A stretch of 64,000 nt of DNA from Pristiophorus japonicus. Lineage: Eukaryota. Position 1 is the first letter of the stretch; the number at the start of each line of letters is the position of its first letter. The DNA is taken from the NCBI RefSeq assembly GCF_044704955.1, contig NC_091994.1, positions 48,732,001 to 48,796,000 of the forward strand. Reading direction: 5' to 3'. The position numbers were made by a program, and so were the translations under genes. This document shows, one piece after another, positions 36,915 through 49,988 of this stretch. The notes beneath the pieces were generated by a model. It ran no database searches. It had not been told where the DNA came from and saw only the letters and a program-made list of their open reading frames with translations.

Positions 36915-39900
36915 ACAGCCAGTGACACAGAAACATTTACACAGGCTACGTAAAGAGACAAAACCAGTTACATAGGCTATATAAAGAGACAGGACCAGTA
37001 ACACAGGATTTTTAAAGAGACAGGACCCATCAGCCAGGCTTTTTAAAGAAACAAGAAAATTCATGCAGGCTTCTCTTCTAACAGAGACAGGACCAGTCGC
37101 ACAGGTTTTGAAAAGAGATACGAACAGTTACAAAGGCTATTTAAAGGGACAGGACCAGTCACAAATGCTTTTAAAAGAGACACAAACAGTCACACGGGCT
37201 TTTTAATGAGACAAGATAAGGGACAAAGGTTTTTAAATGAGCCAGCTCTGGTCACATGGGCATTTTAAGGAGACAGGACCAGTTAAACAGGCTTTTTAAA
37301 GAAATAGGACCAGTTACACAGGCATTTTAAAGAGACAGAACCAGTTACACAGGCTTTGTAAGGAGACAGACCCAATTTCAGAGGTTATTTAAAGAGACAG
37401 GACCAGTTATAGAGGTTATTTAAAGAGACAGGACCAGTTGGACAGGCTTTTTAAAAAGACAAAATCAGTCACATGCTTTGCAAATAGTCCGGCCAGTCAC
37501 AATGGCTTTTTAAGTGATATATATTATGACTAGCTGAGGTCTAAGCACTGATCCTTGCGATATCCCGCAAGTTACTGCCTGCCAACTCAAAAATGACCTG
37601 TTTATTCCTTCTCTGTTTCCTGTCCGTTAACCAACCCTCAATCTACGCTAGTTTAATACCCACAATCCCATGAACCCTAATTTTGATTATTAACCTCTTG
37701 TGTGGCACCTTATCGAATGCATTCTGAAAATCCAAATATAGCTCATCCACTAGTTCCCTCTTATTTATTCTGCTAGTTATCTCAATAAACATCAAACATG
37801 ATTTCCCTTTCATGAAACCGTGTTGACTCTGCTCAATCAGATTATTATTTTCTAAGTGCCCTGCTACCACATCTTTAATAATAGATCCTAGTATTTTCCC
37901 TAATACTGATGTAAGGATAACTGTTCTGTTGTTCCACATTTTCCCTCCTCCTCCTTTCTTAAATAGCGGAGTTACATTAGCTAACTTCCAAGCCGTGGGA
38001 ACCATTCTACAATCTATTGAATTTTGAAAGATGACAAATAATGTATCTCCGTAGCCACCTCGTTCACAACCCTAGGATGGAGGCAATCAGGTCCAGGGGA
38101 TTTATCGGCTTTCAGTCCCATTAACTTCTCCGTGAAGACACAAGGTATTTACTTAATTTCTCTGCTATTTCCTTATTCCTCTTTATCACGTATCCTGTCT
38201 CAGCCTGCAAGGGACCCACATTTGCTTTCGCTAATCTTTTCAATTTTACATAACTATAGAAGCTTTTAACAGTCTGTTTTTATGTCTCTCACTAGTTCAC
38301 TCTCATATTCTAATTTCCTTTTCTTTACCAATTTCTTGGTCCTCCTTTGCTGAATTCTAAAATGCTCCCAATCCTCAGGCTCGCTACTATTTTTGGCAAC
38401 ATTATAAGCCTCTTCCGTTGATCTAATACTATCTTTAACTTCTTTTGTAGGCATGATTGAACCTGTGGGGGTTTTGTGCTTAAAGGAATGTATATTTGTT
38501 GCAAATTATGTATTAAGTCTTTAACTGCTAGCCATTGCTTGTCAATGGTCATACCTTTTAACATAGTTTCCCAATCTACCTCAGCCAACCCGCCCATATA
38601 CCTACTTAGTTTGCCTTGTTTAGCTTTAAGACCCCAGTTTCAGATTTAACGAAATCACTTTCAAACTTAATATAAAATTCTACCATATTATGGTCACTCT
38701 TCCCTAAAGGCTTGTTCACTACAGGGTTATTAATTAACCCTTTTTCATTTCACAATACTAGATCTAAAATAGCCTGTTCCCTAGTTGGGTTCTCAACATA
38801 TTAATCTAGAAAACTTTCTTCCTTGAATTCGTCCTCCACACTATCACTGCAAATTTGGTTTGCCCAGTCTATATGTAGATTAAAGACCCCCATGATTATT
38901 GTATTATCCCTGTTACATGCACCTCTAATTTCCTGATTTATTTTCTGCCCTACATTACATCTACTATTTGGGGGCCTATAAACAACTCCCACCAATGTTT
39001 TCTGCTCCTTGCTCTTCCTTTGCTCCGCCCAAACTGATTCTACCTCTTGATTTTCGGAGCTAAGATCCTTTTTCTCTACTGTCTTTATGCCATCCTTCAT
39101 TATCAGGGGTACCCCTCTTCATTTTCCATGTTGCCTATCTCTTCTAAAAGTTATGTATATTGGAATGTTTCGTACCCAACCTTGGTAATTTTTTAACCAT
39201 GTCTCCGCAATAGCTATTGGATCAATATTTGCTATTTGTGCTATTAATTCTCCTATCTTGTTGCGAATGCTTCAGGACCAGGCACAGGACCAGTCACAAA
39301 GGCTTTTTAAAGAGACAAGACCAGTCACACAGTTTTCTTATAGAGACACGGCCAGCAACACAGGCTTTATAAAGAGAACGGTACAGTCACACAATCTTCT
39401 TAAAGAAACAATATCTGCCACATGAGTTTTTTTAAAAGGAAGGGACCAGTGAAACAGGCTTTTTAAATAGACAGGACGGGTCACACAGGCTTTTTAATGT
39501 TGCAGGGCCCGTCACAATGGTTATTAAATCAGGCAGGACCAGGCGCACATGATTTTTAAGGAGACAGGAACGTCATAGTGGCTTCTTAAAGAGCCAAGTC
39601 AAGAAACACAGGCTTTTTTAGGAGACAGGATCTGTCACACATGTGCTTTAAAGAGACAGGACCAGTCACATAGGCCTTTTAAAGAAAAAGGTCCAGTAAT
39701 ACATGATATATAGAGATTGTACCAGTCACACATGCTTTATAAAGAAACACGACCACTCATACAGGTTTTTAAGGATTCAGGACAAGTCATACAGGCTTTT
39801 TAGAGAGACAGTACCTCTCTAATTCTTAAAGCAACAGGGCCACACACACAGGCATTTTAAAGAGATAAGACCAACCACTTAGGCTTTTTAAAGAGGCAGG

Positions 39901-40000
39901 ACCAGTCACACAGACTTTTTAAAGAGACAGGACCAATCATCTGGCTTTTAAAGAGATAGTACCAGAAACTCAGGCTTTTTAAAGAGTCTGATCCAGTCAC
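36915..40000. repeat. ~35-bp minisatellite (TTTTAAAGAGACAGGACCAGTCACACAGGC), blocks 36915-37515 and 39274-40000
   Basis: Dozens of degenerate units; split by a CR1 fragment. Confidence 0.92.
37530..39273 (-). mobile_element. Old CR1 ORF2 fragment (endonuclease to RT)
   Basis: VGVVYRPP, ANVTPLFKKG, LDFQNAFDKVPH. Confidence 0.9.
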
Positions 40001-40001
40001 A

Positions 40002-40166
40002 GAGGCGGGAGCGGTGTAATCTATTTGGCCGTAGGAATGAAATCCCTGGACCGAGGCGGGAGCAGAGGAAATTAGGCGAACCTGGGAATGAACTTCCTGG
40101 ACTGAGGCGGGAGCAATGAAATGTAGGCGAATCTGGGAATTAAATGTCGGGACCGAGGCGGGAGCC
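40002..40166 (+). repeat. Four ~50-bp units containing GACCGAGGCGGGAGC
   Basis: GAGGCGGGAGC recurs four times with GGAATGAA spacers. Confidence 0.75.
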
Positions 40167-40684
40167 CCATCTGAGAAGTCCCATCATCGAATCACTGGGA
40201 TTATCACTCAGATCCTGAGGTTTATGAACATTTATTTATTGTGAATGCTTTACCCTAATGGTCTGGGATGGAAGAATCAGAAATCAATTTTGAGGCAATC
40301 CTTTTTTTATCTTATTTTATTCCTTCCTTTTTTCTGTCAATTTCTCGTTTTTTGTTCTCAGTTTGAGGAGGAGAACCGCTGTTCGCTTTGTTCTGTCCAC
40401 ACTATATTATGGACGGGTAAATGTCCGCTGATCATTCAGTTCCAGTCAGTGTCTCCTTTGCCACCAACTCCAGTTCTGCATTAATGGCACTGCTTCTGAT
40501 GGTTGGTACAGGATTACAGGATTACAATGATAATTAACATTCCCACAAAATCTTCATTCAGCCAGATCTCACTCATTTATTTCCAATCTTTGTTTTGAAT
40601 TTACAATTGGATCCCGTGCCCATCTGTCACAGTTCATTGGGTCTCTCAGCGAGACACAGAGTGAATACATCTGTTGCCTCCGGC

Positions 40685-41070
40685 TGTACGCTCCTGACCT
40701 TTGGGCACCTTGTGCGGAAGTGAGTGGGCAGGTCAGAAGGCTTCCTCGTAGGATTGTTCGTGGTCATGGCCAAGGTGGCCATTAACCGGTCCAGACAGCG
40801 GGCGGTCGAGGGGGTCGTTCAGCCCGACTTACTGCCTCTCGTCCACGGATATATTCGAACCAGGGTGTCCCTGGAGATGGAGCACGCTGTGTCGATCAGT
40901 ATGCTCGCGGCCTTCTGTGAGAGGTGGGCGCCAGAGGGAATGGAATGCATCATCACCCCCGGCAACCAGATTTTAATTTGCTTCTGCATTGTTAAAAGTT
41001 TGTTTACATTTGTCAGTTTTATTGCCCCTTAAATAAGGGGGCACTTGATTTATACTTTAAAACAAAAATA
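40685..41070 (+). mobile_element. Tx1/L1-like LINE ORF2 3' end
   Basis: AKVAINRSRQRAVEG..GYIRTRVSLE..AAFCERWAP resembles Tx1-type C-termini; T-rich 3' UTR and short A tail. Confidence 0.65.
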
Positions 41071-41227
41071 GTTATACTTCATGATAAACAATCCCAGCTG
41101 ATTGTAACTGTGGTGCCGAGAATAAGAACATGCTTTCATATTTTCTCGTCTAATATTCTCTGCACAAGTGGAAACCAACAGGTGACAAGTTCATCAATCT
41201 CTTCCATTTGTGTTCAAATACTTTACA

Positions 41228-41570
41228 TAAGCGTTTCAAAGACACCCTCAAAGCCTCCTTGATAAAATGTAACATCCCCACCGACACCAGGGAGTCCCTG
41301 GTCAAAGACTGCCCTAAGTGGAGAAAGAGCATCCCGGAGGGCGCTGAGCACCTCAAGTCTCGGCGCCGAGAGCATGCAGAAAACAAGCGCAGGCAGCAGA
41401 AGGAGCGTGTGGCAAACCAGACTCCCCACCCACCCTTTCTTTCAACCACTGTCTGTCCCACTGTGACAGAGACTGTAATTCCCATATTGGACTGTTCAGT
41501 CACCTGAGAACTCACTTTTAGAGTGGAAGCAAGTCTTCCTCGATTTCTAGGGACGGCCTTTGATTATGAA
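41228..41570 (+). mobile_element. RTE-clade LINE 3' end
   Basis: KRFKDTLKASLIKCNIPTD..; C-terminal CPTC..H..H finger (frameshifted); tail. Confidence 0.85.
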
Positions 41571-42787
41571 TTTACATAAGCGTCTGACGGCTCTTTGCCT
41601 GAGGGATACATCGTCCGATTAAATGCTGATAAATGCATTTAGTGGGAGATTACCTGGTCAATGATAACTACTTATTTTAGTTTAGTGTCTACTCTTTGCT
41701 GCCAACCTGATGTTTAATTTCCCTGTTATTTCCCTGCCTCACAGTTAACATACTGATGGTTGTGATCCTGCCTCGGGGAAAGTGCGGTCTCTCCAGATGT
41801 GTCACTCGCTACCTGATGGTCATGGCAGCGGCGGACCTACTGATCATTATCCTCGACCTGATACTGAGGCACATTCCAATTCTTTATCAGAAACAGTTTT
41901 GGTCCGTGCGGTGCCTCCGCATGTGTAATATCCACGCCGTCCTTCTTCACGCAGCCACAGACTGTTCTGTCTGGTTCACCGTCACTTTCACCTTTGATCG
42001 ATTCGTGGCCATTTGTTGCCAGAAGCTGAAAACTAAATATTGCACTGAGAGAACGGCGGCTGTGGTTCTGGGAAAAGTGATATGCTGAGCAGTTTAATGA
42101 ACATTTTCTAGTATTTTATGTTGAAAGGTTCGTATGTGCTTGCGAACATGCCCTGGTTTTGCAATATAACAGACAATGTTCTGTATTCACTGGTCTGGGC
42201 AGCAATCGTGTTCCTTCATTATATTCTCACCCCATGTGTCCCATTTTCTCTGATTCTGCTGCTCAATGCTGTCACCGCTAGCCATATTTTATTGGCCAGC
42301 AGAGCCTGCAGGCGACTTCGGGGTCCCAGCAATGGGGAGAGTCCCAGTGACCCAGAGATGGCGAGCCGCAGGAATTCCATAATTTTACTATTTTTTATCT
42401 CCGGCAATTTCATCCTCTTATGGGCAGTGTTTATGGTGAATTCTATATGGACCCAGATGTACTTTTTGGGGTATGATTCTGCACATATACCTGGGAATAA
42501 TGCTGCAGCTGCTGAGTTGCTGCACAAACACAGGAATTTATGCCATGACCCAGACTAAGTTCAGACAGCAGTTGAAGAATGTGGGGTAATATCCCTTCAC
42601 CCTGATTTTGAAATTGATTAAACGATGAGAAGACGCAGAAATGTTCCCTCATCAGACTCCTTGTGTACTGATATTGTGAGTGAGCTGCTCTCCCCCGCGC
42701 GGCCAGTGATCTGCGCGAATAATAACACACTCACTCACACACTATCTACAATAGGCTCCCTTTGAGGGGCCTGTGATCGGCGTGAAT

Positions 42788-43323
42788 CATCATCATCATA
42801 CGCAGCCCCTCGAAACGAGGATGACTTGCTTTCATGCCGACAAAGGATGCGTTCACTGGTGTTTCAATGAAGGATCGAATATTCCAGATCCCGAACTACA
42901 TCTTGAAGGGTGGAAGATGCCTGTGCGTGGAGTTTTTTTTAACGTGTGGTGGCCGTTGCACCTCGGCCACGACATGGGCTTGACAGAGTTAGGTCTTGGT
43001 CCAGTGGCAAGGGTTAACCAAGACGACTGGGGAACAGCTCTGCTGCACGGGCCTTGTGCGCATACATATCACAGTGTGGGCTGGCCCGTGCTGCCCCTGG
43101 GCCCTCGCCTCTTCTGGGCCCCGATCATATCCCTCTACGAACTCTTGCCACTCCTTCATCCTGATCTCGCCACTCCTGCCCGCACTGCAATCAGCCGTCG
43201 CCCTTCTACAGCAGCATGCGCTGCTCCCTGCAGAGGCATGCCTACGCATGCTGCTCTCTCCAATGGCCCCGGTCCGCTGATGGTCTTGCAGGCCGGGATC
43301 ACGCCGATTTCCGGGCTGGACGG
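42788..43323 (-). mobile_element. Non-coding SINE-like element with RTE-type 3' tail
   Basis: (GAT)n tail; TSD GTGAAT (42782-42787, 43324-43329). Confidence 0.8.
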
Positions 43324-43429
43324 GTGAATATTAACATACTCACTCACACACTATCTACCATGTGAGGGGCTGGTGTCCATTTACCCATAATGCCCGAGCT
43401 CAGTGATTCTTTACTCGTAATGGCTAAGT

Positions 43430-43900
43430 CAGTGTCAGCATCGAGCACTCCCAGAGCAGGTCCAATACAGTGCTCCCTCTACATTACCCTGACAATGTAC
43501 CCCACTTTACTCCCAGTGTCAGCATTGAGCACTCCCAGAGCAGGTGCAATGCAGAGCACCCTCTACATTACCCTAACAATGTATCTCCACTTTATTCCTA
43601 CTGTCAGCATCGAGCACTCCCAGAGCAGATACAAGAGAGAGCTGCATTTCTACATTAAACAGACAGTGCACCTACAATTGATACCCAATGTCCACATTGA
43701 GCACTCCCTGAGCAGGTACAATAAAGAGCTCCCTGTACATTACCCTGACAGTGTACCTCTACTTTACAACAAGTGTTAGAATAGAGCAATACTGGGCCAG
43801 GTCCAATACATAGCTCCCTCCATATTACCATGACAATGTTTCCCCACTTTATTCCCAGTGTCAGCATCGAGCACTCCCAGAGCAGGTACAATACAGAGCT
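43430..43900 (+). repeat. Diverged ~84-bp tandem repeat related to the 64-bp satellite
   Basis: Repeated GTCAGCATCGAGCACTCCCAGAGCAGGTACAATACAGAGCTCCCTCTACATTACCC. Confidence 0.8.
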
Positions 43901-44483
43901 TGGGCTGTAGAGAGGGCTTTAAACCAATTAGGGGGACATTTCAGGTGAACGAAAATTTAAAAAGTCAAGGAAAAAGGAGAAGGCAATAGAACAGTTTAGC
44001 ACTGTGGGAAATCAAAACCAGAGTGTTCCAGGAAGGGACAGAATGTATAAACATAAAAGTGCATCAGAAAGTGTGGTCAAATCAAGAAAAAATGGTAAAA
44101 AAAAATTAAAAGCTCTTTATCTGAATGCATGCAGCATTCGTAACAAAATAGATGAGTTGACTGCACACATAGATACAAATGTCTATGATCTGATAGACAT
44201 TAAAGAGACGTGGTATGAAGGTGACCAAGGCTGGGAACTGAATATTCAGGGGTATTTGACAATTTGGAAGGATAGACAGTGCTGTTAATAAACAACGAGA
44301 TCAGTGTAGTAGTGAAAAATGATATTGGCTCAGAGGATCAAGATGTTGAATCAGTTTGGGTGGAGATAAGGAAAAATAAGGGGGAAAAGTCACTGGTGGG
44401 CATAGTCCATAGGCCCCCAAACAATAGCTACACTTCTGGACGGAGTATAAATCAAGAAATAATGGAGGCTTGTAAAAAAGTAA

Positions 44484-47400
44484 TGTCATGTATTCAACTA
44501 TCATTATAACCCATGTATAAGCTGGCCTAAGTTGTACACCTTGAGAACATTGACCACAAGGGGGTGAACTTGTGGGAGACACTCCTAACTTGGACTTTCA
44601 GATATAAAAGGGGAAGCTCCACCACCTTCATCACTTGAGGTCTTGGTAATAAAGATAGCTGGTCACAGAGTGACCTTCTCTCAAGTATGGGCCTCGTGTG
44701 CATTTATACTGTATAGTAAGTACATATCATTGGCGACGAGAAACTGGGATTTAAACCATGCGAGCATGGCCACTAGCAGCACAGAAGAGAGGTACTGTGT
44801 TGGTGATGATTGGGATGACTTTATTGAGAGACTACAGCAAAGTTTTGTCACAAAGGAATGGTTGGGACAGGATTTGGCCGACAAACGCAGGGTTCATCTC
44901 CTGACAGTTTGTGGATCAGAACGTACTCCCTGATGAAGGACTTTCTAGCGCCAGAGAAGCCAGCGGACAAGACGTTCGAAGAGCTCAGTAGGTTGATCGG
45001 GGAACACCTTAAACCGGCGAGCAGCATGCACATGGCGAGACACCGGTTTTACACGCACCGGCGGCGAGAAGGGCAAAGCGTTCCAGACTTCGTGGCAGAT
45101 CTCCGGCGACTGGCGAGCTTATGTAAGTTCCCAGATGCATGCAGAGCGGAGATGCTGCGAGACTTTTTTATTGAGGGCATCGGGCACGCTGGGGTTTTCA
45201 GGAAACTGATTGAGACCAAAGACTTGACCTTGGAAGCGGCAGCTCTGATAGCCCAGACATTTATCTCAGGGGAGGAAAAGACCAGATGATGTATTACAAA
45301 AATCTCGGCTCAAATGCGGAAACGACCAGGGAGTCAACATTGTTAATGCGGCACACAGTTCTCTAGGCAAACAAGGGAAATTGGACATGCCCCAGCATGT
45401 AGTCGAATCCAAAGGGGGAATTCAACAGAGACAATGGCTAGCTGAACGGCGATTCATGCCATCGCAATGGACAATGTGGCCAGTAATGGGGCCATCAACA
45501 CCTGTTAATGGTGCGCTTAAGGACAGTTACAGAGACAGTCAGAGACGATCGACTGGTAATGGACCTTTTGTTTCCAACAGCAGAGCCTCCAGCTCATGCT
45601 GGAGGAGTGGAGTCAAACACCCAGCCAGAGCTTGCAGGTATCAGCAGAATATACCTGCTGAAACTGCAACGTCAGTGGTCACTTGGCGCGTATGTGCAGG
45701 AAGCCTGCAGCCAGATTGATATACGAGGAGGATGGGCCCGATGTAAGCCTTACGAGGCCAAATGAATACTGGGGGAAATCGCTGGAAGCTGAAATTCAGC
45801 GAGTTCATGTGGAGCACATCTACAGTTCATATATGAGGAGGCCACGGATAATGATGAAAGTCCTCCTCAATGACATCCCAGTATTAATGGAGCTAGACAA
45901 AGGGGCCAGCCAGTCCCTGATGGGTATCAAACAGTTTGAAAGGTGGTGGGTGTCCAAGGCCAGGAGGCCAAAATTATTGCCGATTGACGCACAGCTGCGG
46001 ACATATACAAAGGAGGTAATTCCGGTGCTAGGCAGTGCCACGGTAGTCGTGACCCACAAAGATTCGGAGAACAGGTTGCCACTCTGGATTATTCCGGGGG
46101 ACGGTCCCGCACTACTGGGGAGGAGTTGGCTTGCTGTCATGAACTGGAAATGGGACGATGTCAATGCAATTTCCTCTGTGGAGCGAGTATCATGCTCACA
46201 GGTCCTGGACAAATTTGACTCATTATTTCAACCCGGCATCGGCACTTTCATGGGGTCCAAGGTAGTGATTCACATAAACCCCCACCCAAGTCCAGTACAC
46301 CACAAGGCCAGAGCGGTGCCGTACGTGATGCGGGAAAAGATAGAATGTGAATTGGACCGCCTGCTGAGGGAAGGCATCATCTCGCCAGTCAAATTCAGTG
46401 ATTGGGAAAGCCCGATCATGTCGGTGCTCAAGGCGGATGGGTCGGTCAGGATATGTGGCGATTACAAGGCCACCATCAATCGGGTGTCACTCCAAGACCA
46501 GTACCCGCTACCGAGAGCGGATGATCTCTTTGCGATGCTATCCGGTGGCAAACTTTTTTCAAAATTGGACCTGACCTCAGCTTACATGACCCAGGAGCTG
46601 GCGAGTGAGTCGAAGAAGCTGACCACCATCACGACACACAATATAAAAGATGTCCGTTCGGAATTCGGTCGGCTGCCGCGATCTTTCACCGAAATATGGA
46701 AAGCCTCCTCAAGTCGATTCCAAGGACGGTGGTTTTTCAAGACTACATCCTCATCACGGGTCGTGATACTGAAGAACACCTCCACAACCTGGAGGAGGTG
46801 CTACGCAGACTGGATCGGGTAGGGCTGCGACTGAAAAAGGCGAAGTGCATCTTCTTAGCTCCAGAGGTAGAATTCCTGGGGATGAAGGTAGCAGCAGATG
46901 GGATCAGACCTACTGCGTCCAAAACAGAAGCGATCCAGAGAGCACCCAGACCCTGTAACACGACAGAGCTGCGTTCGTTCCTCGGGCTCCTGAACTATTT
47001 TGGTAACTTTCTTCCCAAATTGAGCCCGCTGTTAGAACCGCTACATGTGCTCCTATGCAAAGGTCATGATTGGGTGTGCGGGGACAGCCAGGAAAGGGCT
47101 TTTGATAGAGCACGCGATTTGTTATGCTCCAACAAACTGTTAACGTTATATGACCCATGTAAGAAACTTGTTTTAACATGCAATGCATCGTCCTATGGTG
47201 TCGGGTGTGTGTTGCAGCATGTGAATGCCAATGGTCAGTTACAGCCGGTAGCTTATGCCTCCAGAAGTCTGTCCCAGGCAGAAAGGGGCTACGGAAAAGG
47301 AAGCGCTAGCATTTTTATATGCAGTAAAAAAAATGCACCAGTACCTGTTTGGCAGGAAATTTGAGCTGGAGACAGATGACAAATCCCTAACGTCCCTTTT

Positions 47401-49208
47401 GGCCAACAACAAGGCCATAAATGTGAATGCATTGGCCCGCATACAGAGGTGGGCACTCACGTTAGCCGCCTATGACTGCACAATTCGGCACAGATCGGGC
47501 ACTGAAAACTGCGCCGATGCACTCAGCAGGCTCCCACTAGCCACCATTGAGGGGACAACTGAGCATGATGCTGAGATGGTCATGGCTATTGAAGCTTTTG
47601 AAAGCGAAGGCTCACCTGTGACAGCCCGTCAGATTAAAGTCTGGACAAATAAAGACCCGCTACTGTCTTTAGTTAAGAAATGTGTCCTGAATGGGGACTG
47701 GATAGCTACATACGGGGCATGCCCTGAGGAATTTAAACCATTTCATAGGCGCAAGGCTGAACTCTCGATTCAGGCCAATTGCATACTGTGGGGAAACCGA
47801 GTAGTCATGCCCCAGATGGGCAGAGAGGTGTTTATCAGAGAACTTCACAAAGAGCACCCGGGCATTGTCATGATGAAGGCAATTGCCAGGTCACACATTT
47901 GGTGGCCAGGGATAGATGCAGACCTGGAACTTTGTGTTCGCAGGTGCAACACGTGTGCTCAGCTGGGCAATGCACCCAGGGAAGCCCCCCTTAACCCCTG
48001 GTCCTGGCCCGCCAAGCCATGGTCATGCATCCATGTGGACTAAGCAGGTCCTTTCATGGGAAAAATGTTTTTGGTTGCAGTAGACGCCTACTCCAAATGG
48101 ATTGAGTGTGCCATTTTAAATTCAAGCGCATCCTCTGCCACGGTAGAAAGTCTATGGGCAATGTTTGCCACCCATGGTTTACCTGACATCTTGGTCAGCG
48201 ACAATGGCCCGTGCTTTACAAGCACTGAATTCCAGGACTTCATTGCCGGCAATGAAATCAACCATGTCAGAACGGCACCGTTAAAGCCAGCCTCAAACGG
48301 CCAGGCGGAATGAGCAGTGCAGATAATCAAACAGTGCATGCTCAAAATCCAAGGGGGTTCCCTACAAGGCCACTTATCACGCCTCCTGTTGGCCAATAGA
48401 TCCCGACCACACTCACTCACAGGGTTCCACTCGCAGAGCTGCTAATGAAAAGGACGCTCAAAACCGTGTTATCCCTTATATACCCTACTATGAAAGAAAT
48501 TGTTGAGAGCAGGCGTCAGTCACAATGTGACTACCATGACAGGAATGCGAGGGCGTGATGTATTGATGTCAATTACCCTGTTTTTGTCCTTAATTACGCT
48601 GCAGGGCCCAAATGGCTTGCAGGCACTGTGATTGCCAAAGAGGGGAATAGGGTTTTGGTAGTTAAACTTATCAATGGACAAATCTGCCGCAAAAACGTGG
48701 ATCAAACTAAAAGGAGGTTCAGCAACCCCATAGAAGAAGCAGAGGAAGAACACGACGTAGAGTTTACTCTACCACAGGTGACCGAACACCGGAACCAAGT
48801 GGGCACTGTGGGCAGTCCAGACAGGCCTGAGGCACCGCAAACAGCAGACACTCAGGCCAGCGCCCAACAACCGGAGCCCCAACTCAGGCGCTCTACAAGG
48901 GAGCGTAAACCACCAGAGAGACTTAACCTGTGATCCCAGTAAGACTTTGCGGGGGAGGTCATGTCATGTATTCAATTATCATTGTAACCCATGTATAAGC
49001 TGACCTAAGTTGTACACCTTGAGAACATTGACCACAAGGGGGTGAACTTATGGGAGACACTCCTAGCCTGGACTTTCGGCTATAAAAGGGGAAGCTCCAC
49101 CCACCTTCATCACTTGAGGTCTTGGTAATAAAGGTAATTGGTCACAGAGTGACCTTCTCTCAAGTATGGGCCTCATGTGCATTTATACTGTATAGTAAGG
49201 ACATATCA
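44484..49208 (+). mobile_element. Gypsy/Mag-like LTR element D, full length, frameshifted
   Basis: LTRs 44484-44729 and 48962-49208; perfect TSD AGTAA; PBS TGGCGACGAG (tRNA-Ser GCT-like); PPT GGGGGAGG; gag, PR, RT, RNase H, IN (VSDNG..SNGQAE) in order. Confidence 0.96.
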
Positions 49209-49301
49209 AGTAACGGCAATAATTATGGCCGATTTTAACCTTCATATTGATTGGACCAAGAGTTTATAGAGTGTATCTGGGCTAATTTCCTTGGACAGTG
49301 C

Positions 49302-49988
49302 GGTAGAACTTTTATGGGTTATTTGACAAGATAATACCAATTAGGCAGCAGTCAGTATGGTTTGTGCAATTGATTAGATTTATTAAGCTTACAGCAATAC
49401 TATACTTTACAAAAAAGCGATAGTTGATGAAAGCTCGCAGGCCCAGGTTCGTGCACAGCTGGATGTTGTCCTAAATCAGTACATTGCTGTTCCAGCCATC
49501 TCTGTGCAAAGGTATTCTTTGAGTATCGATGTTTTAACCAATTTTCATTTGGTCAAAAGTTTATTTGGTCAGTGTCCATATATGGTCTTTAACACAATCA
49601 CCTTGTTTAATTGGATCTAATGGTCAAAATGCCATTGTCACTCAAATCAGAGCAAGCTTCCTGGCCACTTGTATCTCCAGTAATTTCACATCATTCCCTG
49701 CTTATCCAGTTTATCGTGTTTACAAATTCCTCCGTCTTCTTGGAACCACTTATTTTTGCCACTGTCTTCTAACTGTTAGTTTTGATTAAGCTGACTCCAA
49801 TTGCTACTATGTTATTATAATAATGCGACCTTGGCTAGCAGCTCGACTTAATTTGTTATTTTTGACTGCCTTTGCGTACATTCGAGCAACTAATAACATT
49901 CCCATGCCCACAGAGAATCATGGGTAAGATTAGTTGGTTAATGACGACAAATTGAATACATGAATCTCTAATATCAATCTTTATTACA
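49302..49988 (-). mobile_element. Probable solo LTR (~690 bp)
   Basis: Interrupts CR1 at GACA|GTATGTTG; ends TACA; AATAAA on minus strand; TSD imperfect (GTGC/GTAT). Confidence 0.6.

Larger units (their letters stand above)
34251..42628 (+). pseudogene. GPR139/GPR142-like class A GPCR pseudogene, 2 exons (34251-34431, 41745-42628)
   Basis: Exon 1 ends YPILAAVGFA-G|GTAAGT; phase-1 join CAG|TT gives VNILMVVIL; TM2 MAAADLL, TM3 FTFDRFVAIC, TM7 SCCTNTGIY; in-frame stops (e.g. 34311) and frameshifts. Confidence 0.9.

Noticed and set aside
36915-40000. 35-bp repeats as a CRISPR-like array
   Set aside because: Units are head-to-tail and degenerate with no unique spacers and no cas genes; the context is vertebrate
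41756-42558. Functional GPCR gene
   Set aside because: Several in-frame stops, frameshifts, a deletion before TM7 and an LTR insertion at exon 1
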